DNA of 64,000 nt from Balamuthia mandrillaris (Eukaryota): positions 124,001-188,000 of the forward strand of contig JAVKOQ020000055.1 in assembly GCA_031835245.2 (NCBI GenBank), written 5' to 3'. The stretch's first letter is position 1; each line of letters starts with the position of its first letter. Positions 1-11,658 of the stretch are shown one piece after another. The notes under the pieces were generated by a model that worked only from the letters and a program-made list of their open reading frames with translations, searched no databases and was not told where the DNA came from. A program made the translations under genes and the position numbers.

Positions 1-75
1 GAAGAAGAAGACCAGCCGCCCGCTGAGGAGGAAGAGATCCCTTTGGAAGAGCAGGAGGGCATGCCAGCCTTCTAA
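1..75 (+). CDS. 3' end of an upstream gene (acidic C-terminus EEEDQPPAEEEEIPLEEQEGMPAF*), partial
   Basis: Open frame from base 1 to TAA at 73-75, followed by A-rich sequence. Confidence 0.5.
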   Translation, partial: EEEDQPPAEEEEIPLEEQEGMPAF

Positions 76-947
76 AAAAAAGGGCTCAGCCAACCTCATG
101 CGTTTTCTTGATAAACAAGTAACCTCTAAGCATAAATAATAAAAGAAGAAGGCAAAAACTTCCAAAGGTCTATTTGTTCCGCTGGGTCATGAAAAAAAAG
201 GACGGCTTGCCTGGTCACTCACTCTTCGCGTCTCATGTCCACCACCACCGTGGAGGCTTCGGTGGCAAAAGCGGGTGGAGCCCAAGCAGTGATGAACAAT
301 GAAGGACCCACTCTCTGGATATTATAACAGATCATCAGCATTCATGTTTTGTATTTCTTCACCCGTTTCTCACTCACCTCAGTGACTAACGCCCAACGAG
401 CGGAAGGTCCTTCGGCGGCAAGCCTGGCTGCCCGCTGCACGCCCTCCTCGCCGTCCTCTGCCGCGGCGAGCAGCTCCGCCACCAGGCCCAAGCTCCGAGC
501 GGAGGCTGCGGCCAGCGGTCTTCCCGAGCCCGTTTGGAAGCCAGACATAACGACGTTTTGTTAAGCAAGTTCTACTTGTCCTCTTTTCTTTTTCCCTCCC
601 AAAGCTCTTCAAGTAGTGTTTTCTTTCCTGCTTCTTGCTTCCTGCTTCTTGCTACCTTCTCCAAGAGGCTCTGCTACTCTTTTTTTTTTTTTTGGCACAT
701 TCCATGGTTCAGGGCTGCAGCAAAGGTGCAGCAAGGCAGCTGTGTTCCAGCAGCATTGCTGCACTGTCGATTCAAAGCTTAACAAACCCAGCAGCCCTTG
801 TGAACCAAAGCTGCTCGCCTAGCTTAACTGTTGATAAAATGCAAAATATTTGAACATTATTCGAAAATACTGAATATTTATTCAATTATTGGTTGAAAAT
901 TTGGCAGAATATTTTATTTTATTGGTTTGTCGCCTAAGCAAAAAAAG

Positions 948-2766
948 ATGAGTTTGGAGCGAGTGGTGGAGAGCTTGAAGGACACCCTTGTGGAGGTTCG
1001 AAGGGACATCCATCAGCACCCTGAGACTGCCTTCAAGGAAGTGCGAACCAGTGGCGTGGTCCTGTCCTACCTGCAAAGCGTTGGCTTGCCCGACGAACCT
1101 GGCACTTGGAAGGTAAAGAGCTACTATGCTTCCTTCTTTGCTTCTCTTTTTCATCAGCAAACTTCATCATCTTCTTTCTCACGTTCGACCTTTTAAAAAA
1201 ATAATAAAGAAATGTGCAGGAACTGGTTTGGTGGTGGACATCAAAGGCACAGCCCCACCAAAGGGTGACGAACAACAAGTCAAAATGATTGCCCTTCGCT
1301 CAGACCTGGATGCTCTGCCCATGACCGAGGAGAACTTTGACCTCCCTTACCGTTCTGTCAAGTGAGTAGCTAGCTCTCCTTTTCGAGCAAGCTCTCTTTG
1401 GTTCTCATTCGGTTGACTAACTCTTTCTCTTTCTTCTTTCGTTGTTCTTGTTCTTCTCCTTCTCCTTCTTGTTCTTCTTCTTGTTCTTCTTCTTGTTCTT
1501 CTTCTTCTTGTTCTTATTCTTCTTGTTCTTCTTCTTGTTCTTCTTCTCCTTTGTGTTCTTTCTTGTCTTCACTCAACAACTTGTACTAACGCTGAAGCGA
1601 GGGAGCAGCTCACATGTACGTTTTTCATGCCCAACCTCATTTATACTGAACACACAGCGGACTAATATGCTTTCTCTTGTGCTTATAACGAAGGTGCGGC
1701 CACGATGGTCACATCTCGATGCTGCTCGGCGCTGCCACTCTCTTGCTCCAATCTCGAGACAAGATTCCCAGTGACGTTACCATTCGTCTGCTCTTCCAAC
1801 CCGCCGAGGAGGGGCCTGGTGGTGCTCCCGTCATGATCGAGGAAGGTTGTCTGGAGGGAGTGGAGGAGGTCTATGGCATTCACAACTGGCCCACTATGGC
1901 CTTGGGAGAGATGCGAACCAAAGAGGGTCCTCTTATGGCACACGTGTCGGATCTATACATCACTATTAGAGGAAAAGGTGGTCATGGCTCTCAACCTCAA
2001 GTGGGTCTTTCTCTTTGCTTTGCATTTTCTCTTTTTTCCTGATTACTTGCTCATTCTTGTTGGTGCATTGTTACGGTATTACAGACCACAAAGGACCCTA
2101 TTGTGGCAGCTGCACACGTAGTAACAGCTCTGCAAACCATCGTCTCAAGGAATGTCCATTATGAGGATCGTGTTGTTATCTCCATCACTACCATTCATGG
2201 AGGAGAGGTTCACTCTCTCCCTCTCTCTCTCTTTCTGTTCTGCTAACTAAATTGCAACACAAGACACACAACGTAATACCTGATACAGTGGAGATGTCAG
2301 GAACCATTCGTGACCTCTCCGATAAGACCTTTGCTCTCCTTGAGAAACGCATCAACAGCATTGGCACGTCCTCGTTCTCTTCTCTCCTGCTCTTCTCCTT
2401 TATCTTCTTCATTTTCTTTAGACTAATATCACGCATTATTACCAATAGTGAAGAACACATGTGAAGCCTTAGATTGCGAAGCTCAAGTGAAGATCCACTC
2501 CCGCTATCCCGTTCTTATCAACACCCCCAAAGAGAGCGAGCACGTTATCCGTGTCGGCAAAAAACTTTTAGGGGAGGAGAACGTCTCCTCCAAAGAGCTT
2601 CCGATGTTGGGCGCCGAGGACTTTGCCTTCTTCCTTCAAAAGGTGCCTGGCTGCTTCTTCTTCCTTGGTGGGGGGGAGCAAGGCAGAAGCAACAACATAT
2701 GTCACAGCTCTTCCTTTGAGTTCAATGACAACCTTCTTCCTATTGGTACGTTAACTTTCATTTTGT

Positions 2767-2807
<41 letters not shown>

Positions 2808-2883
2808 TTTTTCACCTCATCCAGGCGTTAAGTTCTGGATTCGTTTGGTGGAAGATCGTCTCAACCTTTCGTTGTTTGAATAA
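948..2883 (+). CDS. M20D family amidohydrolase/peptidase (hippuricase/IAA-amino acid hydrolase-like), 8 exons
   Basis: Spliced motifs RRDIHQHPETAFKE, ALRSDLDALP, HMCGHDGH, FQPAEEG, GKGGHGSQP, GAEDFAFF and CHSSSFEFND. Includes an 18-nt microexon (1598-1615) and a GC-AG intron (2364-2448). Confidence 0.95.
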
Positions 2884-2927
2884 GTTGAGCTATAAAAGAT
2901 CACCTGTTTACAAACATTTTTCCATTG

Positions 2928-5107
2928 TTATTCGTCGCGACGATGAACCAGAACGGGGATGCCATTCTTTGGATAGACGGTGATGCCAGCAACCACTTCG
3001 AGAGGCAGTTTAATGCCAGGAGACAATGTAAACTTGTAACTACGCAGTATCAACGCTAAAATGACTTTAGCTTCCATCAGAGCGAATCTTTCTCCAATGC
3101 TTTGATTGTTTGTTAGAGCAAGAACGAAGCGAAGAAGATGAAAGAAAGGAGTAAGAAAGAAGAAAGAAGGAGATAGCGTACCAGCCACGAGGACCTAGGC
3201 CAAAAGGTAACCAAGTCAGGGCTGCTTTCTTTTCTTTCATGGCACCACTTGCTAGTTGCTGCTGTTGTGGTTCTTCAGCTTCTTCGTTCCATCGCTCGAA
3301 CGGTAGGAACTTTTCCGGCTGTGGCCAGTATTTCTCGTTGTGGTGAATATGATAAACAGGCGCTGCTACTATCGTCTTTTGACAATGAAGTCAGGTGTCA
3401 TGCAAAGAAGAAAGAAAGCAACAGGAAACGACAAGAAAGAAACGACAAGAAAGAAACGACAAGAAAGAAAGAAAGAATGAAAGAAAGAAAGAAAGAAAGA
3501 AAGAAACGACAAGAAACGACAAGAAAGAAAGAAAGAAACGACAAGAAAGAAAGAAAGAAAGAAAGAAACTAACTCCTTTAGGAATGAAATAGCCAGCGAG
3601 GTTGCAATCCTCCTGAGCTACTCGTGGTAGAACAACTGCCGGCGGATATAGCCTCAAAGATTCCTTGATTGTTTTGGTGTTTAGTGTGAAGGATGAAGAA
3701 GAAAATAGGAAGCAGAAAGGAGGTGAAAGAATGGAGAATAATGCAAGCGAAAAATGAAAGCAGAAAGCAGAAAGAAAAACAAAGATCAAGCATGAAGATA
3801 GAGACAAACAGGAACAAAAAGAAGCGAAGAAAAAAAATAGTACCTTAACGACCATGGACATACGTTTCAGGTTTTTGACGCCCTGAAAATCGAGGTTTTC
3901 GAGGTCGATCTCTTTCAGCTCCTCAAAGAGCAGTGCATCCACCTCAGGATGTTGGGCCAACAAGAAGATGGTATAAGCAATTGCGTTGGAGGTTGTTTCG
4001 TGACCAGCCAATAAAAAGGTTATAGACTGCATTACAATCTAAATACATTCCAATAAGTGTTAGTGGAAAAGAGAACAACACATACCAGAGGAAAAAAGAA
4101 AGAGAATAAATACTTCGATATCAAGAAGAGTTTCTCCGGTAGTCTTGTCTTCCGCATCCAACATCAAGTCCAAAAAGTCTTTGATCGGTTTGCCGCCAAC
4201 AACATTCTTGTTCGCTTCTTTGCGTTGAGCTTTTCTCTCTTCCAACACTTTTGCCAGCTCTTTCTCCAAAAAGTTGAACGCTTTGCGACTCTCTCTGAAC
4301 GATTCGTGCGGAAAGAATTCTCGTTGAAGCTGTGCGAAGCGACCACGAAATATGATGGATAAAAGTGGAGCTGGTTTAGTGGTTCCTTGAAATACAGTTT
4401 TGGCAGCGATCGAGATGGGATGCTCCGAGTCTTTCAACGCATCTAACTCAGTTCCGAAAGCAACTCGTCCTTTTGAAAAAGAAAGGAATGGTTATTAACA
4501 AAAAGAAAAGGCAATAAAATGAGAACAAAGAGAAAGGAACCTATAATATCCATGGTGAGCCTGGACATGTAGTTGTGAATGTCCATCTCTTGTTTGTTGT
4601 TGGAGTGAGCGGCGAGATGGTCCATCATTACAGCTGTTGCAGCTCTGACATGAGGTAGCATTTCTTTCAGATGCATCACGTTAAAGGTAGGTGCTATTAT
4701 TCTCCTTATCTTTCTCCTGGTTATGAATAAGCAGGAGGAACAGAGAATGAGAAAACGAGAGATTGTGGAATGAGCGAACAAAGATGACGGCAAAGATGTA
4801 GAACAAAGAATAGATACCAGTATTCTCCTTTAGCTCTTAACAAGCCAAGGTTGGACATATCCTTCTTCAAGGGCTGAGAGGGAGGGGGACGGTCCACAAA
4901 GTTCTTGAAGCCCGAGACAGAGTACTCGTGAATCACTGCTGGATCAGCCACTAGCACCCATGGCTCCTGTCCCACAAAGAAACGAACCACTTGGGTGTTT
5001 GTACGTTTGTGTGTTTGAAGGTGTTGCAATCGGCCAGCATAAGGAATGGAGAATGAGGAATAAACAGCATAGAAGGGAGAGAAGAGGAGGAGGAGGCGAG
5101 AGAGAGC

Positions 5108-5143
<36 letters not shown>

Positions 5144-5984
5144 AAGAGAAGAGAAGAGAAGAGAAGAGAAGAGAAGAGAAGAGAAGAGAAGAGAAGAGAA
5201 GAGAAGAGAAGAAAGAAGAGAACGATGAAGAGAAGAGAAGAGAAGAGAAGAGAAGAGAAGAGAAGAGAAGAGAAGAGAAGAGAAGAGAAGAGAAGAGAAG
5301 AGAACGATGAAGAGAAGAGAAGAGAAGAGAACGATGAAGAGAAGAGAAGAGAGAGAACGATGAAGAGAAGAGAAGAGAAGAGAAGAGAAGAGAAGAGAAG
5401 AGAAGAGAAGAGAAGAGAAGAGAAGAGAAGAGAAGAGAAGAGAAGAGAAGAGAAAGAGAAGAGAAGAGAAGAGAAGAGAAGAGAAGAGAAGAGAAGAGAA
5501 GAGAAGAGAACGATGAAGAGAAGAGAAGAGAAGAGAAGAGAAGAGAACGATGAAGAGAAGAGAAGAGAAGAGAAGAGAAGAGAAGAGAAGAGAAGAGAAC
5601 GATGAAGAGAAGAGAAGAGAAGAGAACGATGAAGAGAAGAGAAGAGAACGACGAAGAGAAGAGAACGATGAAGAGAACGATGAAGAGAAGAGAACGTGAA
5701 GAGAACGTGAAGAGAACGATGAAGAGAAGAGAAAAGAACGATGAAGAGAAAAGAACAATGAAGAGAACAGAACAGAACAGAACAGAACGAAGAAAAGACG
5801 AGAAGGACCCGTACCAGGGCCGTAGCGTTTGATGTAGTCATCATGGACGTAGTGGTAGGGCTTAGCGGCAAGCTCCGCCAAGTTGCCAAGCAAAGGCACC
5901 GCGGGTGGGCCTGGGATGTGCCTGTAGGCCAAATACGTTGCCAACCAAAACTTCAAGAGAAGAAAAAAAGGACAGAGAGGGAGT

Positions 5985-6018
<34 letters not shown>

Positions 6019-6202
6019 GAGGGAGAGAGAGAGGGAGTGAGTGAGAATAAGAGAAGCAGGTGGGAAAGGAGTGAGAGAGAGCAGTGAGAAAGGTGAGTGG
6101 AGATCAAAAATGAAAGAAGAAAAAAACGCAAAGTGAAAGACAAACTTTGTAGAAGGCGACCACCAACAGTACGACGACTAACGAAAGTACGAGCGCAACC
6201 AT
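2928..6202 (-). CDS. Cytochrome P450, 9 exons
   Basis: N-terminal membrane anchor MVALVLSLVVVLLVVAFYK, PGPP hinge, I-helix AGHETT, K-helix ESLR, and heme motif WLPFGLGPRGCIG with the Cys codon split by an intron. Confidence 0.95.
3405..3568. repeat. Intronic (AAAG)n / AAACGACAAG composite simple repeat
   Basis: Visible tandem units; the same composite recurs at ~45300-45401 and ~50360-50520. Confidence 0.85.
5111..5790. repeat. (GA)n then (GAAGA)n pentanucleotide microsatellite with AACGAT interruptions, in P450 intron 2
   Basis: Directly visible tandem array of about 680 nt. Confidence 0.95.
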
Positions 6203-6696
6203 CTCCTAAAATTTGTGGTTGTCCCTTGTTTTGTCACACAAGATGAACGGAGGGGAGAGAGAGACAATGAAATAAAAAATTTATATATTTAATACTTCTT
6301 TTTTAAAGAAAAAATGCAGCAAATATGAAGCAAGCCCCCGCTAGTGGTTGGTTCGCAAAATGAAAGTGGGGGAAAAACGTGGATGGAAAAGTTCTTGCTT
6401 TTGTTTACGAATGAAGCGAAGAGTCTGGGGGGAGAGAGGGGGAAACCCACGCCTCTCTCGATTCTCGCTTTTTCCCTAAGCTGGCGAGGGACTCGTCGCT
6501 CTCTCTTCGCTTCTTTTTCCTTTTCGTCGTTTTCATCTCTGCGTTTGATTTTTTGTCGAACGGACACCTCAAAATCGTGTCGACCCGAAATATACCATGA
6601 CGACACGATCTCCGGCATTAATTTTATTTATTTTCCTTTGGGAGAGGTTATACCCTGTGTTCTTCAGAATGTCGGGGGGGGCCGGGGGGGGGGTGA

Positions 6697-7680
6697 TTAG
6701 GAAATGCAACGGCCCTCGAACATGACGTTCCAGCATCGACCCAGGGAGGTGGGGAAGAGCTGCGCGCTGCCAACGTGGTTTCTGATGTAGTCTGGGTTCT
6801 GAAGGACCGTTGCTCCCAAACCATCCAACCACTCATCCAGAATGGAGTCCCCAAAGCCTCTGGATAGGGCATCGTGATAGTGAGCGGAAAAAGATTCCAA
6901 AAAAAAAAAGACAAGATGGAACGACAGAAAACGTACTCTCCGAAGACTTCATCGTACGGCACAGGACAGCCACGACGCCTGACCACAAGAAGATACTTTA
7001 TCGGGAAGAACAGCTCCATCGGGACATAACGATCCATCTCGCAGGAAACCCTCGCAAGTTCTACGAAATAGCAGTTGCTCTGCAAGGGGAGAAGAAGGTT
7101 GCTAACATTGCTGTAACGATAGATGTCAATCAAGTCTTTCAGAGCCATCTCGTCCTGGGTTTCGCAAGATCTCTCCGCTCCGTCTCGGGTTTGCAGCTCC
7201 TCCTCGTCTTCCTCGTTCACTTCACCTCCCGCCCAGAAGAAACCTTTTGAGTCGTGTGTGTGATTATTTTTAAGTTGGCAGTTTCACCATCTTGTTGGTC
7301 ATGTTCTTTTGTTTTTGCATCATGCCCCGTTATCATGTGCTATTTTTTAAAAAAAAAATGCGAAAAAAAATGCTTTCCGTCTTGCTTTCTCTTTTTTGTT
7401 CGCTCTTCGCTAGGGATAACAAACAAAGGGTATGAAGTGTACCTTCGGTATAATCCCAATCGAGAATCTCTCTGGAGGAATACTGAGTGAATGGGTCAAG
7501 ACCTCGTTCCTGCAATTTTCCCCTGAAGAGTTCTACCCACTGTTCCTTTCCTTTGAGCTTGTTCATATAGTACTGCAGATCGCTGAGAGACCTCATAGAG
7601 ACATTCTCTGGTTCATCTGCAACAGTCAAAACAGCGCAAGCCAGCAGGCAAAGGCCAAAAACGAAGATGAGAAGCTTCAT
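6697..7680 (-). CDS. Hypothetical secreted protein, about 3 exons
   Basis: Signal peptide MKLLIFVFGLCLLACAVLTVA; GT-AG introns join ORFs 7333-7710, 6648-7220 and 6697-6900; ends ...CWNVMFEGRCIS*. Confidence 0.65.
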
Positions 7681-7895
7681 CTTGCCTTTCTTCTTCAAAT
7701 CTTTCTTCACCTCGGGAGGTTCCCTTCTCTGTGTCGTTGGCCTTCGTTAAAATTTTTTCTTTCCCACCTCTTGGGTGGAAAATGACAAGGGCCGCCTTTA
7801 GTCCAAAAGCTGACCAGTGGTTCCCTCTCTTCCTCTCAGCGTGTCGTTTCGCGTTGTTCTGGACACTATAAAAGGAAAGCACCCAAAGAAAATGG

Positions 7896-7960
7896 GCCAA
7901 TCAGCGGATGCAGTCTTCAATGACGTCAAAAAAATCCTTACATAGAAAAAGGTGACATCA
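7896..7960. promoter_or_regulatory. CCAAT box and CRE-like TGACGTCA / TGACATCA sites in a divergent promoter
   Basis: GCCAATCAG at ~7896, TGACGTCA at 7921-7928, TGACATCA at ~7953. Confidence 0.35.
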
Positions 7961-8388
7961 GTACAAGAAATGGCACAGCGAAGAAAGAAGCGTAAGGCAA
8001 GAGGTGCGGCATCACCCTGCCCTTGTTGGGCTCTGCGGGGGAGGGGAGGGAAGTATAGGGTAGGGAGGGTACCAACCAATTGCACTGTGGCCCTTTTATC
8101 TTCCTTTTTTTTTTTGTTAGCTACCCTGGGCATAAATCTTATTTTTGACAATCCATCAAAAAGAAAAAACAAGAACCGACTACCTACTACCACTGGAGGA
8201 ACGGACCTGTATTTGTTGCTTTCCCTCCCCGTCCCACTGGGGGCTGCAAACAGTTTGTTTTCATGATGCAATCCATGGTAGCGGTTGAGGTGGAGTCAGT
8301 CACTCCCCATCTTTCTTCCAATCCATGAGCCTTGCCACACCAGCGAACAACAACAAGTTTTGTTTAAAATTGTTAATTGAAAGAAAAG

Positions 8389-9162
8389 ATGCAACAAGAG
8401 AGCCGCAAAGAGCAAGAGGAGGAGGAGGTCCGACCACCACCACAGCCGACGGCGCCCACGGAGGGCATGCTGCGCAGCATATGGAACGAGTTTGCGCCGA
8501 CGTTCGCGCAGGAGGCGCGTTGGACGGACCAGGTGGCCCACACCCTGGCCGCTCACCTCCAATTGGGCTCTGCCCAGCAGGCCATCTTGGAGATTGGCTC
8601 TGGCGCTGGTAACCACTCCCTCAAGATCAGAGCGAGTGAAGACAAGAAAGAAGAAGAAAGAGAAGAGGAAGAAGAAGAACAACAAGAAGAAGTACAAGAA
8701 GAACAAGCAGAATGGAGAGATGAGTTTGATGAGATCAAGGAGGGGCTGCTACTTGATTTTCGATTTATTTATTTATTTTTTTGATGAAAAATAATCAACC
8801 AAAGGTGGAGGCACGGAGATCATTTGCAGAGCAAAGCCGGAGAACGTTCGAGTGGTGGCTACCGATCTTTCCACCGAGTTCATCGCCATAGGTGGGCTAT
8901 AAAAACCTCTCTCCCACTGTTTTTGTTTTGTGTTTTGCAGCGGACTTGCTCACCGCTATGCGATGGGTTCAAACAAGCAAAGAAGAGGTTGGAAGGCAAG
9001 GCGGAAGTGGAGTTTGTGGAGGCTAACGCTGAAAAGCTGCCGTTTGACGATGCTTCCTTTGATCGTTACATGGCCAGCTTTGTTCTGTACGTTGCCTTCT
9101 TCACTCTTCACTTCCCGTTGGAGTTCACTCGTTCTCTGCTTCTCTGCTTCTCTGCTTCTCTG

Positions 9163-9201
<39 letters not shown>

Positions 9202-10192
9202 TCTCGCTTCTCTCTCTCACAAACAACAAACAGCCATTTAGTCACCGACCCCAAGAGCATGTTAGCTGAATGCAAAAGGGTGCTGCAACCAGGCAAAGGC
9301 ATGGCCGCCTTCTCTGTTTGGGGTCGCAAGGAGCACAGCCCCCACTTCACCATCGTTCCTGAGGTGGCCAAGCGGCTCGGCATCGACCTCACACAAGTGG
9401 GAGGAGCAAAGCCAGAGATGCGTTCCAACTTTCACCTTGGGGATGACCCTGCTGCCCTGAGACGCATGGCTTTGGAGGCTGGCTTCTCCAAGGCTTTCAC
9501 TTGGTATCAGGTTTGATTCTCTCCTTTCAGCTTGTGTTCTTCTTTTGGTTTTTTGTTGTGTCGCTTGTTAACGAACCTCTTTCCAACTTAAGTTTGTACC
9601 AGTGGATGTAACGGATGGCAGAGGTTGGGCAGAGAAACAGATGCACTGCTCTCCCATGATCATCAAGCTGATGCGAAATCTACCAGAGGAGAAGGCCGCA
9701 GAGTTCAAGAATGCTCTTGCTGACGCTGCTGATGAGTTCTACAACAATGGAAACGTGGTTGGAATGGTAATGTTGTTCTTCATTCACCTTTTTCTTCCTA
9801 CTTCTTCGTCTTCTGCTTCTGCTGCTTTTTCTTCTTCTCCTTCTTCTTCTTCTTATTTCTTCTTCTTCTTCTTCTTCTTATTTCTTCTTCTTCTTCTTCT
9901 TATTTCTTCTTCTTCTTCTTGTTCTTCTTCTTCTTATTTCTTCTTCTTCTTCTTGTTCTTCTTCTCCTTCTTCTTCTTCTTCTTCTTCTTCTTCTTCTTC
10001 TTCTTCTTCTTCTTGTTCTTCTTCTTGTTCTTCTTCTTGTTCTTGTTCTTCTTCTTCTTCTTCTTCTTCTTCTTCTTCTTCTTCTTCTTCTTCTTCTTCA
10101 TATACAAGAGAACGACCAATGCCAGAACAACAGCAGCAGCAGCACTAACGTAAACAAAACAGGAGGCGTTGTTCCTTTTGGCTTTGGCCTAA
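8389..10192 (+). CDS. Class I SAM-dependent methyltransferase (Methyltransf_11/UbiE-like), 6 exons
   Basis: Spliced motif I ILEIGSGAGGG, VVATDLS, ANAEKLPFDDASFD and ECKRVLQPG. Confidence 0.9.
9800..10099. repeat. (TTC)n microsatellite in intron
   Basis: Directly visible. Confidence 0.95.
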
Positions 10193-10453
10193 CGCCACCA
10201 CCCTTTTCGACGCCAGCCGACAAAACTTTTTATTATCGGTTTTTTTGTAACCCTAGATCAGCCCTAGATCAGAATGAGGGTTCGTAATGAAAAGAAATTT
10301 CATTTTATTTTCCATAGAAAATCTTCCCCCAACAAACGAATTTCCTACATTTTTTGTCGACCTGACAAACAGAAAAAAATAAAAACTCGGCCAACAAAGA
10401 AAGATATAAGGAAGGCCTTGCTCAGTGGTTCTCACACACGTACCAAACAGCAA

Positions 10454-11620
10454 ATGCAAGGCACAATGAACGAGGCAAAGAAATGGATGGTCGAGACTCG
10501 GGTGGGTGGGCTATTTCCTGAAGGACGCGGCGAGATCTTCTCCGTCAACACTACCACTCCCATTCCTGAGGCTTTTAAGGTTTTTTTTTCTTTTATTTGA
10601 TTTTGCATTTCGTGTTTGTTTTTTTTTCACTCACGTTTTAACACACACAGCTGTTGATTAAGCACAAGATCTTGTCTGCTCCTGTGTATGACATCGCGGC
10701 CAAGAAATACATTGGCTGGTTGGACATTTTGGATTTGGTCACTCACACCATCAACGTCTTGGATGAGAGCGAGCTGATGGGAGGGGAGCTGCCTTTGGAC
10801 GTGGAGTCCTCCGAGCGCTTCTCCAAACAGACCTGCGGCTCTATTGTTGGTTTGTTCTTTTCTTCTTCTTCCTGTTATATCTCTTTCATTTCATTCGTTA
10901 TCTCATTATTTTTATTGAAACAGGGATCTCCCGTCGTAATCCTTACTATCCCGTTGAGAAGCGCGCCCCCTTGCTCAAGGCCATCGAGGCCATGGTCAAG
11001 TACAGGCTGCACCGCCTGCCGATCATCGACGAGGAGGGCGACCTCGAGACGGTCGTCTCCCAGTCGCACATTGCTCAGCTGCTCCATCAACACATGAACG
11101 TTATGGGAGACCTGGCGACCGCCACAGTGGCGGAGCTCTCTTTGGGGCTGAGGCAGGTCATCACGGTGACGGAGAGGAACAAGGCCATCGAGGCGTTCAA
11201 GCTCATTCATGAGAGGAACGTGAGCGCCATCGCGGTGGTCTCCTCCGGGGAGGAGGGAGCGGAGCAGCCTGCCGGTTCGCTCATTGGCAATCTTAGCGCT
11301 TCTGATCTTAAAGGTTTGCTTCTCTCTCTCTCTCTTCACTCTTCCGTTCCTCCTCCTAATCCTTCGCTTTACACCACAAAGCGGTGAGCTACAACGCGCA
11401 CATGATATCAAACCTGTTCGTCTCGGTGAAAGAGTTCCTGGGCAAGCTCAACACGACCAAAGCTCCGATCTCTGTCACTGTCAACCACAATTTCCAAGAG
11501 GTGGTCGCCAAAATTGTGGAGAGCAGAATTCATCGCGTCTACGTGGTTGACAGCGAGAACAAACCGATTGGAGTAATCAGTTTGTTGGAAGTGTTGAGTG
11601 CCATCGTGGAAAGATTCTAA
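10454..11620 (+). CDS. Four-CBS-domain protein (SNF4/AMPK-gamma/Sds23-like), 4 exons
   Basis: CBS motifs HKILSAPVYD..GWLDILD, RLHRLPIID, NVSAIAVV..GNLSASD and RIHRVYVVD..GVISL. Confidence 0.9.
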
Positions 11621-11658
11621 AAAAAAAAATAGAAAGAGAAAGAAAGTGTTATTTGTGA

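Noticed and set aside
5138..5790. Regularly interrupted repeat resembling a CRISPR array or telomeric repeat
   Set aside because: Pentanucleotide microsatellite with no unique spacers and no cas genes, inside an intron.
4721..5956. Long ORFs of SSLLF or EKRRE repeats, and similar poly-F, poly-K, SL, DR or ET ORFs at 9602-10287, 27583-28393, 44060-44467 and 45701-46511
   Set aside because: They are translations of intronic or intergenic microsatellites, not proteins.
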